Assembly (NCBI GenBank): GCA_002269645.1
Contig: NIVC01000814.1
Location: 186,001 to 250,000, forward strand
DNA length: 64,000 nucleotides
Source: Macrostomum lignano
Lineage: Eukaryota
Reading direction: 5' to 3'
A program made the position numbers and the translations under genes. Shown in pieces: positions 16,060 through 30,815 of the stretch. Below the pieces are notes generated by a model that was given only the letters and a program-made list of their open reading frames with translations, had not been told where the DNA came from and searched no databases. Each line of letters starts with the position of its first letter. Within the stretch, counting starts at the first letter, position 1.

Positions 16060-17429
16060 TGCATTGGCATATCATTGGCCTAGGCCCCTGGGCTGGGCCC
16101 CTAGTGTAGTGTCAAAATTTGAAATTTAAATTTTATTATTTGAATAAGATAAATTATAGCATTATTAATTGAATTGTAATATTTTTATAATTTTGTTTGA
16201 TTAGTAAATTAATTAATATAGTAGGCCTAATTATATATATAGAATAAGCCTATTTATGTATCTTAAAAACCCAAAAAGAAATGATTGACACCTAAGTAGG
16301 CCCTAACTGTAGGCTTTAATTAAAAAATAAGGTCACTTTGTCAATTGCAAATATTGCTAGCCTTACCAAACAATCACTTTATTAACCATTTGATAAAATA
16401 CTAGTTAGGATAGGCCTAACAAAGTGACTAGGCCAGGATGTAATATATAAGACCAAGAATGGCCACACACCAAGAAGATGGCCACAACATTGAATCTCTT
16501 TGGCTCTGCTCTCTTTTTATCATTAGCCTAATTAGCAACATAATTAGCTATTATTATATTAATTATTATGTTTATTCAATCATATTCATAAATACTGATA
16601 TAATAATAGATTTGAAACTAGTTACCTATATTACAAAAACTTAAATCTTTTTCAGTGTTTATGCCAATTTTTTCCTTATCATTATATCCTTATCCATCAA
16701 ATCTATCATTATCTATTTATTAAGTAACCATTGCTACTAGGCCTAGTAATGCTATGTAAAAATTAATATTTAAATATGCAACAAGGCAAGGTATTTATTT
16801 GTGTTTAGGCTACTTGGTTGATATGGTGAATAAATGATAGATCAAACTATAAAAAAATCTAAAGCCAAAGAAATGATTATAATATAGGCCTAATATAATA
16901 CAATTCTAATATAGTATCTTTTAGCATATATTTCTTTAATTATTACCAATAGGAAATAAGTGAAATATATGGACCTAGGCTTATTATCTATTTAGACACT
17001 TTGAGCTATGGCCATCTTGGTATGTAGCCATCTTTGTCATGTACCATGACTAGCACTTGTGGCTATATAATATATAATATATAGTGCTAGGCCTATATAA
17101 TATATAGCAACATATCATATATATGTGCAATTGTTGGCCAACCTGGTCAATCCAGTATCTAGCTACTATAAATTATGATAAACCAGGGATAAATTGCAAA
17201 AATGCCTATCTTATAAAATATAAATATAGTAAGGCCTACTAATTATATGATAAGGCATTTAGCCTTCATAAGACAATAATAGTTACTTTTGCTGCTTATT
17301 TAAAATTATATTAATTTTTGCTTTAGGGTTTCTTTCATAGGTTTGTTACATTTTTAGTCAAAAAGTAAGTTGCATGGCCAGTCTATATGCGCAACCTTGG
17401 GAATCACCTAGCCATTTCTATTGGCAACA

Positions 17430-20473
<3,044 letters not shown>

Positions 20474-22214
20474 TATACATATAAGTTGCTATTGTCTGAG
20501 AGCAGTCACGTGACTACTATTCTATCCAATAGTAATTTACATGTGTGTATTGCCAATAGAAATGGCCAAGTAAATCCCAAGGTTGCCCCCACGGTTTATA
20601 CTAGATGGCTAGTATAAATCAAGGTGTTACATATGTATATGCTATATAAATAGTTTTTTTGCTCTTCCTAAAAAACTTAATAAAATATCCTAATAATATT
20701 AGCCAAGCCATACTCTAGATCATATTGAGTATAGATAAGAAAATATGTTAGAACCTAATGCATAGAATCTTTCTAAACCAAATGTATACAATAAAATTCT
20801 AATAGAAATGATAGAAATGCCTAGCTTTTACTTAGCCATAAAATATAATTTTAGCAATTTGTTTTTTATCTTTAATGGTATTCTTATTTTATACAAGGCC
20901 AACTTCTCCATTGGAAAAGATGAGGTTAGAACTCCTATTGCCAGAATTCCATTCCCTGAAATCCATTAGCTGTATCTTATGAGTAGAATCCTATCTTTGA
21001 AATAGTCTCCGCAAAGAAGAAATCCTCTCTGAGAAACAGAACTTTATCAAAATCCTATCTGTGAAACAGAAATCCCTTCTGTAAAGTAGAACACTATCAA
21101 AATCTCCTTTGTTAAATGAGATCTAACAATATCTATTGTTAAATTTTGTTAATTTATCTCTCTTAATCAATACTAATAAATTTAAATTGAAATCAGTAGT
21201 TAGAGTTAGAGTTAGGGTTAAGGTTAAAGATACATAGAGCTGCCTGTTAAAAGGTGCCAATATAAAAAATTGAACCAATTCATAGCATATTTATTTCTCT
21301 GTTAGTCAGTATTAGTCTTAGTAAAAGTTAACAAAGTGGTTACACAATCTAAATCAACCTTCCAATATACAGTAACCAACCCCCTTCCAGTGCACAATGG
21401 CAGTTATAGATAGAAGTTGACCCCCCTCACATTTATCTATTACATCTCACAAAAAAATGAGTACAATCTTTGAAAAAAGTTAAAAATATAGAAATAGTAT
21501 TTAAAATGATGTGCTTTGTGTTTTCATTTTTAAAGCAAACAACTTATATCTTCAAACTCAGAGTTGCAGGATCATTCTAGCAATATAGGTCTCTCCTCTC
21601 AAAGTTTAAAACTCAAGGAACAGTCAGCGTTTGAAATTTCCTAATTTATAAAGCATATTGAAGCATTGAGTATACATTCACTTGCAAGCCTACAATAAGA
21701 GGCTCACAAGTTTATTCATGAATTTCATTGCATAGCTAATACACAGGGCTGACACTATTGAAGATGCCAATAAAAAAGCAATTGAATCTCAACACAATAG
21801 CCGTATCATTGGGCTTCTTGCCTACCACCCCACAAAATATGCACTGTTAGTCAATGTGCTGTTGAGTGAAATTTATAAATTTAGCAATTGTCTTTACAGT
21901 CCGCCAGTTAGCCAGGGTCAGAATGTACACATGCAGCCACTGAAAATCCCGCCACCCCTCCACTGGAGACATAATGCACCGCTTAGATAAAAAGAAGTTG
22001 TGGCACAATCACTCAAAATTGATGCAAATTTTCTGTTCAGAGCAGAAAAAGTGGCCAAAGAAGGTTACAAAAAGTTTTTCCTAAATAGCCTATTTGTTGC
22101 ATAGAATAATTCTGCATTGATATATAAAAGTCCTGCATTTGAGTTGCCAGCCATCTAGAAGGAGATACATGTTAAACCCAGCCAGTCAATCAATCCACTT
22201 AGCTTTAGATGAGA

Positions 22215-22245
22215 CTAGCAATCTAGCGCGGCCCCCCTTCGGGGC
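22215..22245 (-). mobile_element. Helitron-like 3' end (hairpin plus CTAG|T); 5' limit unresolved
   Basis: The minus strand reads gccccgaaggggggc-cgcgctagattgCTAG|T. Confidence 0.45.
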
Positions 22246-22813
22246 ACCCAATAAGAAAGGAGCAAAAATAGTTCACGGAAAACAATGAAAAAGCACATTT
22301 TCTTAAACACTAATTCCTTCTTCACTTTTAAAAATCACCTTAGCTTGTATTCGGATAAAATTGTCACAGACAAAGATGTTTAAAAAGTGAAAAAATCACT
22401 TTTTCTCTAAAATTAACAAACAGACAACCATTAACCAACAAAATATAGCTTCTCCTAAATAGAAAATATTACCAAGACAGCAAGCACCCCCCTCCAAAAG
22501 TAAACAACCACAGATAGCAAGCATCCTCTAATGCTCATAGCAAGCATCACCCCAGATAGCAAGCATCCGCAGATAACAAGCATCCCCCAGATAGAAGCAT
22601 CCTGCAGATAGCAAGCACCCCCCAGATATTATCTAAGACCCTAAGAACCTAAGATTTCAATGCTTATGCTTATAATATTTTAAATTTTATAGTTAATCAG
22701 TCATTTAATCATTATCATAGTCAAGAAAGTGGCCTTTACACTAAAAAAAATTCTGGCATATTTTTGCCCTTTGAAAAGAATTTTAGCCATATACTAGGCA
22801 TATACAGTAGGGG

Positions 22814-23170
22814 GGGGGCCGTAGCCCAGCAGTAGTGCAGCTGCTCTGGTGTGCCAGCAACCCAGGCTCAATTCCAAGTGCAGTCACATTAATTTGGGGC
22901 TGAATTGGAATCTTGGCTTGGCTCTGCTCATGCAATTAACGGCCTTGAGAGCCAACCCCCAAGGCGCAGTGAAGTGTACATGCCTAATGATAATATAAAG
23001 TTAGGGCCGCTGTACACTCCTGTGTGAGTGTGTGCCTGTGTACGTATCCGCGCGCTTGTATGCCTGCCCAGGTGAGTCGGCGGAATGGGCAGTAATGCCT
23101 CTCGCCGGTTGTGTGCCTATGTCGCTTAAAGTGCGCCAGGGTGCACACAACCCCCCCTGCCTCTAAAATA
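22814..23170 (+). mobile_element. tRNA-derived SINE family A
   Basis: Head ggggccgtagcccagcagtagtgc (A-box) and ggctcaattcc (B-box); the body is homologous to the other two copies. Confidence 0.75.
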
Positions 23171-23494
23171 GGCATATACAATAGGTCCAACATTAGTATA
23201 CACTTTAGTATTCTGATACTTGAAAAACCTCTAGTTTTAAATAAATTTTAACAACTAATCATTTATTAAAATTATTCCTATTTTATTATTAATCTCATAT
23301 GTCAAGAGTGTTGAATTTAGTTTAAATGATTGTGTAGTTTTTTGATGGATTTTGCTAGAACTTCTATTATGTCTCTATCTTCTTGAGTCACTAGCTGATA
23401 CTTTATCCTCTGCAAAAAATTGAACCTTTATCAAAGATTTTCTATTTAAATTTATTGTAGGAGCACTAAAGTAGTTCCCCAAGTGGAATAAAAA

Positions 23495-23737
23495 TTATAG
23501 CTGATAGCTCAGCTGCAGCTATTGCATACAATAGTTTAGTCCAAGGACTTGGGGGCTGCCATACACACCTTCAATTACCCTAACTAATACTAGCACCCAT
23601 ATCACAGCTGGGTGACTCAAGCAATGTAGAGTTAGTTATCTTGCTTAAGGACACAAATTGTTTCGAGTAGGATCGGGAATCGAACCCCCGACCTTCAAAT
23701 CGTGAGACCGACGCTCTAACCACTTGGGTACAACCCC
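23495..23737 (-). mobile_element. tRNA(Val-CAC-like)-derived CORE-like SINE family B, internally deleted copy
   Basis: Head with AGTGGTTAGAGCG, loop CTCACGA and GGTTCGATTCC, followed by gtgtccttaagcaagataactaactc...cacccagctgtgatatgggtgc (CORE-like). A homologue lies at 49790-50089. Confidence 0.8.
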
Positions 23738-23871
23738 CTCGACTTCACTTTTTATCCCAGCATGGCATTTTTGCCAGGTCCTATTCCCGCTAGAGAACTT
23801 AGTGTTGAATATAATTCTGTGATAAAGATCTATGTTAGTCTAATAATTATTTAATTAATTAAGTTGCAGGC

Positions 23872-26800
23872 ATGGCCGACTGCGGCGACGACAAGCGCGA
23901 CGCATCCTCCGCTGGTAAAACCCGGCGTAGACCAAAAATACCTCTGCCGGTGGAGCAGCCGCAGCCCCTGCCAATACCCATTGCTAATGATCAGCCACTG
24001 ACCGAGAAGACAACCATTCGCCTGTCTGGGGAAGATGTCGAAGTTCACGTCAACGATTTAGAAGTGATTGACAAGCTCGGGCAGGTCAGTGCTTATGTTT
24101 TTATGTTTTTGGGCTTTATTAAGACACATGATAGACAACTATTGAACTAGCTCAAAGGGACAAATCGTTATAAACACTTTGAACCAGGGCTCATTATTAT
24201 CCTCAATCTCGAACACGACTCAGTCTAACTAAAAGGACACATTATTATCCTCAATGTCAGACACAACTCAGTCTATCTAAAAAGACACATTATTATCCTC
24301 AATGTTGGACACAACTCAGTCTATCTAAAAAGACACATTATTATCCTCAATGTCAGACACAACTCAGTCTAACTAAAAAGACACATTATTATCCTCAATG
24401 TCAGACACAACTCAGTCTATCTAAAAAGACACATTATTATCCTCAATGTCAGACACAACTCAGTCTATCTAAAAAGACACATTATTATCCTCAATGTTGG
24501 ACACAACTCAGTCTATCTAAAAAGACACATTATTATCCTCAATGTCGAACACAACTCAGTCTATCTAAAAAGACACATTGTTGTCCTCAATGTTGGACAC
24601 AACTCAGTCTATCTAAAAAGACACATTATTATCCTCAATGTCAGACACAACTCAGTCTAACTAAAAAGACACATTATTATCCTCAATGTCAGACACAACT
24701 CAGTCTATCTAAAAAGACACATTATTATCCTCAATGTCAGACACAACTCAGTCTATCTAAAAAGACACATTATTATCCTCAATGTTGGACACAACTCAGT
24801 CTATCTAAAAAGACACATTATTATCCTCAATGTCGAACACAACTCAGTCTATCTAAAAAGACACATTGTTGTCCTCAATGTCAGACACAACTCAGTCTAA
24901 CTAAAAAGACACATTATTATCCTCAATGTCAGACACAACTCAGTCTATCTAAAAAGACACATTATTATCCTCAATGTCAGACACAACTCAGTCTATCTAA
25001 AAAGACACATTATTATCCTCAATGTCAGACACAACTCAGTCTAACTAAAAAGACACATTATTATCATCAATGTCGGACACAACTCAGTCTATCTAAAAAG
25101 ACACATTATTATCCTCAATGTCAGACACAACTCAGTCTATCTAAAAAGACACATTATTATCCTCAATGTTGGACACAACTCAGTCTATCTAAAAAGACAC
25201 ATTATTATCCTCAATGTCAGACACAACTCAGTCTAACTAAAAAGACACATTATTATCCTCAATGTCAGACACAACTCAGTCTATCTAAAAAGACACATTA
25301 TTATCCTCAATGTCAGACACAACTCAGTCTATCTAAAAAGACACATTATTATCCTCAATGTTGGACACAACTCAGTCTATCTAAAAAGACACATTATTAT
25401 CCTCAATGTCGAACACAACTCAGTCTATCTAAAAAGACACATTGTTGTCCTCAATGTTGGACACAACTCAGTCTATCTAAAAAGACACATTGTTGTCCTC
25501 AATGTCGGACACAACTCAGTCTATCTAAAAAGACACATTATTATCCTCAATGTCAGACACAACTCAGTCTATCTAAAAAGACACATTATTATCCTCAATG
25601 TCAGACACAACTCAGTCTATCTAAAAAGACACATTATTATCCTCAATGTTGGACACAACTCAGTCTATCTAAAAAGACACATTATTATCCTCAATGTCGA
25701 ACACAACTCAGTCTATCTAAAAAGACACATTGTTGTCCTCAATGTCGGACACAACTCAGTCTATCTAAAAAGACACATTATTATCCTCAATGTCAGACAC
25801 AACTCAGTCTATCTAAAAAGACACATTATTATCCTCAATGTCAGACACAACTCAGTCTATCTAAAAAGACACATTATTATCCTCAATGTCAGACACAACT
25901 CAGTCTATCTAAAAAGACACATTATTATCCTCAATGTTGGACACAACTCAGTCTATCTAAAAAGACACATTATTATCCTCAATGTCGAACACAACTCAGT
26001 CTATCTAAAAGACACATTGTTGTCCTCAATGTTGGACACAACTCAGTCTATCTAAAAAGACACATTGTTGTCCTCAATGTCGGACACAACTCAGTCTATC
26101 TAAAAAGACACATTATTATCCTCAATGTCAGACACAACTCAGTCTATCTAAAAAGACACATTATTATCCTCAATGTCAGACACAACTCAGTCTATCTAAA
26201 AAGACACATTATTATCCTCAATGTTGGACACAACTCAGTCTATCTAAAAAGACACATTATTATCCTCAATGTCAGACACAACTCAGTCTAACTAAAAAGA
26301 CACATTATTATCCTCAATGTCAGACACAACTCAGTCTATCTAAAAAGACACATTATTATCCTCAATGTCAGACACAACTCAGTCTATCTAAAAAGACACA
26401 TTATTATCCTCAATGTCAGACACAACTCAGTCTATCTAAAAAGACACATTATTATCCTCAATGTCAGACACAACTCAGTCTAACTAAAAAGACACATTAT
26501 TATCCTCAATGTCAGACACAACTCAGTCTATCTAAAAAGACACATTATTATCCTCAATGTCAGACACAACTCAGTCTATCTAAAAAGACACATTATTATC
26601 CTCAATGTTGGACACAACTCAGTCTATCTAAAAAGACACATTATTATCCTCAATGTCGAACACAACTCAGTCTATCTAAAAAGACACATTGTTGTCCTCA
26701 ATGTTGGACACAACTCAGTCTATCTAAAAAGACACATTGTTGTCCTCAATGTCGGACACAACTCAGTCTATCTAAAAAGACACATTATTATCCTCAATGT

Positions 26801-28486
26801 CAGACACAACTCAGTCTATCTAAAAAGACACATTATTATCCTCAATGTCAGACACAACTCAGTCTATCTAAAAAGACACATTATTATCCTCAATGTCAGA
26901 CACAACTCAGTCTATCTAGAAAGACACATTATTATCCTCAATGTCAGACACAACTCAGTCTATCTAAAAAGACACTTTGGTATCTAATTAGAGACACATT
27001 ATGGTAGACACTATCTATTATAACAGACAACATATATTTGCAGAGCAACGAAATTCTGCCAACCTGAAGCACTTTAATCCCCATCGAATTATTAATCCCA
27101 CAATTGCCAGGGCCAATACGGAGTAGTAGAGAAAGTCCGGCACAAGAACACCAACTGTCTATTCGCTCTCAAGCGTGTGCGGCATTCGTTTGACACTAAA
27201 GAGAACGAGCGTCACATTCGCGAGATTAATGTACAGCAGCGCACTACCAACTGTCCGTACGCCGTGTTCTTCTATGGGGCTCTGTTTCGCGAAGGCGACC
27301 TGATGATCCTGATGGAACTAATGGACTTATCATTAGATCGAATGTACAAGACTGCTCATCTAGCCGACGTTAACAAACCCATACCTGGCAACGTGCTCAA
27401 ACATGTAGCTTATTCTGTTCTAAGCGCTCTAGACTATATGTATCAAATTAAAATCATACACCGCGACGTGAAGCCTAGCAACATATTGACTAATAGGCGG
27501 GGCCAGTTTAAAATGTGCGACTTCGGCATTGCCGGCCAGTTAGTGAATAGTTTTGCCCGGTCAGAGATTGGCTCCCAGCAGTACCTGGCTCCTGAGCGAA
27601 TCGATGTGAAACGTGACGGCTCTCGCGGTTATACGTCTGTTAGCGACGTGTGGAGTTTCGGAATCACTATGGTCGAATTGGCTAACGGCAAGTATCCTTA
27701 CGAGCACTGGAAGACGCCTTTTCAACAGATTAACGACATTTTAAATGGGCCGACACCGAAGCTGCGGGATGACGATCCCCGATTTGATCCTGAACTGCGA
27801 GACTTTGTTGGTGAGCGTTCAGAGGCTTGTGTGTATGTACACCTCTGCTAAAGTATTGGGGTGTCTGCTGAGGTATTGAGGTGTCTGTTGAGTTATTGGG
27901 GTGTCTGTTGAGGTATTGTGGTGTCTGTTGAGGTATTGGGGTGTCTGTTGGAGTATTTGGGTGTCTGTTAAGGTATTATGGTGTCTGTTGAGGTATTGGG
28001 GTGTCTGTTGGAGTATTGGGGTTTCTGCTGAAGTATTGGGGTGTCTGCTGAGGTATTGGGGTGTCTGTTGAGGTATTGGAGTGTCTGTTGGAGTATTGGG
28101 GTGTCTGCTGAAGAATTTAAGGGTTTCTGCTGAAGTATTGGGGTGTCTGCTGAGGTATTGGGGTGTCTGCTGAAGGATTGGAGGGTGTCTGCTGAAGGAT
28201 CGGAGGGTGTCTGCTGAAGGATCGGAGGGTGTCTGCTGAAGGATCGGAGGGTGTCTGCTGAAGGATCTGGGACATACCAAGGACCAATCTCGCTTTGATT
28301 CCAGGCAAATGCCTTGTCAAAAACCCAAGCGAACGATGGCGCTTCAATCAGCTGCTGAAGCACAGCTTCCTGTCCGGCTGCGACCGGCCCGAGACGCTGG
28401 AATCGATGCAGGAGGAAACTGCCGTATTCGTCAAGCTGATTCTGGACGTTATGGAGGCAAAAAAGGCTCAGCAGTACAGCGGTTGA
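23872..28486 (+). CDS. MAP2K3/6: Dual-specificity MAP kinase kinase, MKK3/6 (p38 pathway) type; exons 23872-24084, 27111-27810, 28305-28486 (364 aa)
   Basis: D-motif KTRRRPKIPL, LGQGQYGVVEK, FYGALFREGD, HRDVKPSN, DFG, APERID, SDVWSFGITMVELA, YPYEHWKTPFQQ. Junctions are GT-AG with phases 0 and 1. Confidence 0.88.
24215..26975 (+). repeat. 48-nt minisatellite (acacaactcagtctatctaaaaagacacattattatcctcaatgtcag), about 57 copies, MAP2K intron 1
   Basis: Period 48 checked at 24261/24309. Confidence 0.98.
27845..28265 (+). repeat. 20-nt minisatellite (ctgctgaggtattggggtgt), MAP2K intron 2
   Basis: About 21 units. Confidence 0.93.
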
Positions 28487-29514
28487 GTTGATCTAGCTAA
28501 TCAACTATATTAATATTGGATAATGCATATTTCAATACACTTTGTATGTATTCCTGTCCTATATACATCTGTGTGGCCGCCATAGATGATCTATATTTTA
28601 CTATATATATATAGTTCAAAAGCGTGTCAAAGTGCCCAGGATACTAGCTAGTGACTCTGTTTCCCCTGTCTAAATTTTATTGAATTGTCTATAGATGAAT
28701 ATCTATTTAATTGTCTATGGATCAATATCTACAGATATGTCTAGACAATGGTTAAATCCACTTTAAATCGCCAGAGTTCTATAATAGAAAACGACCTATT
28801 AATGGTTGCTTATAATGAATTATAATCAAACGATACATTAGTTTAAAAAACAAAAGCTGTGCCCTTAGTCCCAGTGTATCCCCAAAAAACCCACTATTTT
28901 GTACTCTATTATTCTATATGTGACAATGTGTCAGTTTTTTAAACAACAAAATCAATTTGCTCACACAATTTTTTCTTGCAGCCCAAAGTTGTCTGACTGA
29001 TTTCGAACTGATTGTGTTCATTCTATACATGCAAATGTGAAACTTATATATAATATACGTAAAGTTTTCGTACAAATCGTAAAAATTACTTGTATTTAAT
29101 GACACAGATGACAAGTTTTCTTTGATTGTAACCATAATTGCATAGTGCATCGATCATGTTTGATTTTTTCAACAGTGAAGTTTGACAAAAATTCTGTTAT
29201 CTTTAACTAGCTATTAAGCCTAATAAATGAAAATTAATATATAATAATTGACACTAATAATCTTTCCATACTTACTGTTATAATATTAGGTTTGCTTACA
29301 GATACTAGAATGCCTAGATGTCACTCGCCATTGTCACTTTACTCTGTTTTCTGTAGTTTTTTCTGCACAGTGTCGCTTTAATTTGATGAATGTGGCAGCT
29401 AAAATTTCCTTTCCTACCTCGGGGTATGTGGCATTAGAGGCATAATAATAGGAATTCAGAATGAACAACAAAATGAACAACTCAATGTACACAAGTGAAT
29501 GCAAGACGGACAAA

Positions 29515-29985
29515 ACTTAGCCTAGGGGCAGGCCTAATCTAGCTCAGCCAATGAGAGAGCAGCGAGGAGAGAGGTCAAAGTTAGACAGAAGAAACTCAGC
29601 CTAGGGCCAGGGGGGCAGTTAATCTATTGTAGCTCAGTCAATGAGAGAGCAGTGAGGAGAGAGGTTAAAGTTAGATGAAACTTAGCCTAGGGCAGGTCCA
29701 ATCTAGCTCAGCCAATAAGAGAGCAGTAAGGAGAGAGGTTAAAGTTAGATGAAACTTAGCCTAGGGCAGGTCCAATCTAGCTCAGCCAATAAGAGAGCAG
29801 TAAGGAGAGAGGTTAAAGTTAGACAGACGAAACTCAGCCTAGCGGGCAGGTCCAGTCTAGCTCAGCCAATGAGAGAGCAGTAAGGAAAGAGGGTCAAAGT
29901 CAGACAGACGAAACTCAGCCTAGGGGGCAGGTCCAGTAACTCAGCCAATGAGAGAGTAGTAAGGAGAGAGAGGTCAAAGTCAGAC
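29515..29985 (+). repeat. About 65-70-nt tandem repeat with a CCAAT box, upstream of metaxin
   Basis: About 7 units of agcctagggcaggtccaatctagctcagccaat(g/a)agagagcagtaaggagagaggttaaagttag. Confidence 0.9.
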
Positions 29986-30815
29986 ACAAACGGGCAACAA
30001 GAAAGCCAAACTGTTTATCGGCCTGGCTGGCGAGGCTTCCCTTTTCTCTCTCACACGCCATGCACACTGTCTTAAAGTAGTTTTTAAAAATAATTTTATT
30101 TCCTGAAAAGACTACCTAAGCGCAGTTTTGCGAGTGACGTATCTAGTTATTTTAGCATCTGTTGGTCTACTAAACGTTTAATATCTCACTAATTCTATTA
30201 ATTGTCTACAATGTGCCGATATGTAGAGTTGAGAACTTGTAGGTGCACAGTTTTGTAAAAGACAAAAATATTGAATTCATTGCGTATACTTAGACAACGC
30301 TATGCAGATGCACTGTTATATTTCATATGCAAAAAAGTTATGGTGCTGCAATGTTGCCTAATTGTACTTTTAGCTACGCTGTCTCTATAATATATATTTC
30401 AGTGTAATGAAATATTGCTTTTTATTTAAATTCCCTATCACGTTAAATCTAAGCAAAAATATGTCAAATTGGGCGGTAGTCATAATTCTCTAATTTATCA
30501 AAATAATTAAATTTATTTGTTATGTATAGAATAGTTAACTCAATTTATTCAATACGTACTTTTGTCTTATGTCAATACGCACGTGAATATAGGACTGATT
30601 TTGTGTGTCTGTGTGTTTTAATTAAATCATCGACATAAAATTGTGTTCTTTCTGGGTCTTTTTCGAAATTAGCGTTCCTTTTTATTATTTTGTCAAACTA
30701 TTAGGGCAAATGTCCTAGCTCGACTACTGAAACTAGGACAGAAGAAACCTTAGCCGAGTTTACAAAACCTCCAATTAAATTTTTTGTATCATTCTTTCTA
30801 GCTACCCTGGTTTCC

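Noticed and set aside
21198-21228. Interstitial telomere-like ttagagttagggttaagg
   Set aside because: Only one exact TTAGGG; too short to call.
23665-23737. tRNA-Val gene (also 50020-50089)
   Set aside because: Stems pair poorly, there is no oligo-T terminator, and a shared downstream body follows; these are SINE heads.
24215-26975. CRISPR-like regular repeats
   Set aside because: Head-to-tail units with no unique spacers, no cas genes, and located in a eukaryotic intron; the same holds for all other arrays.
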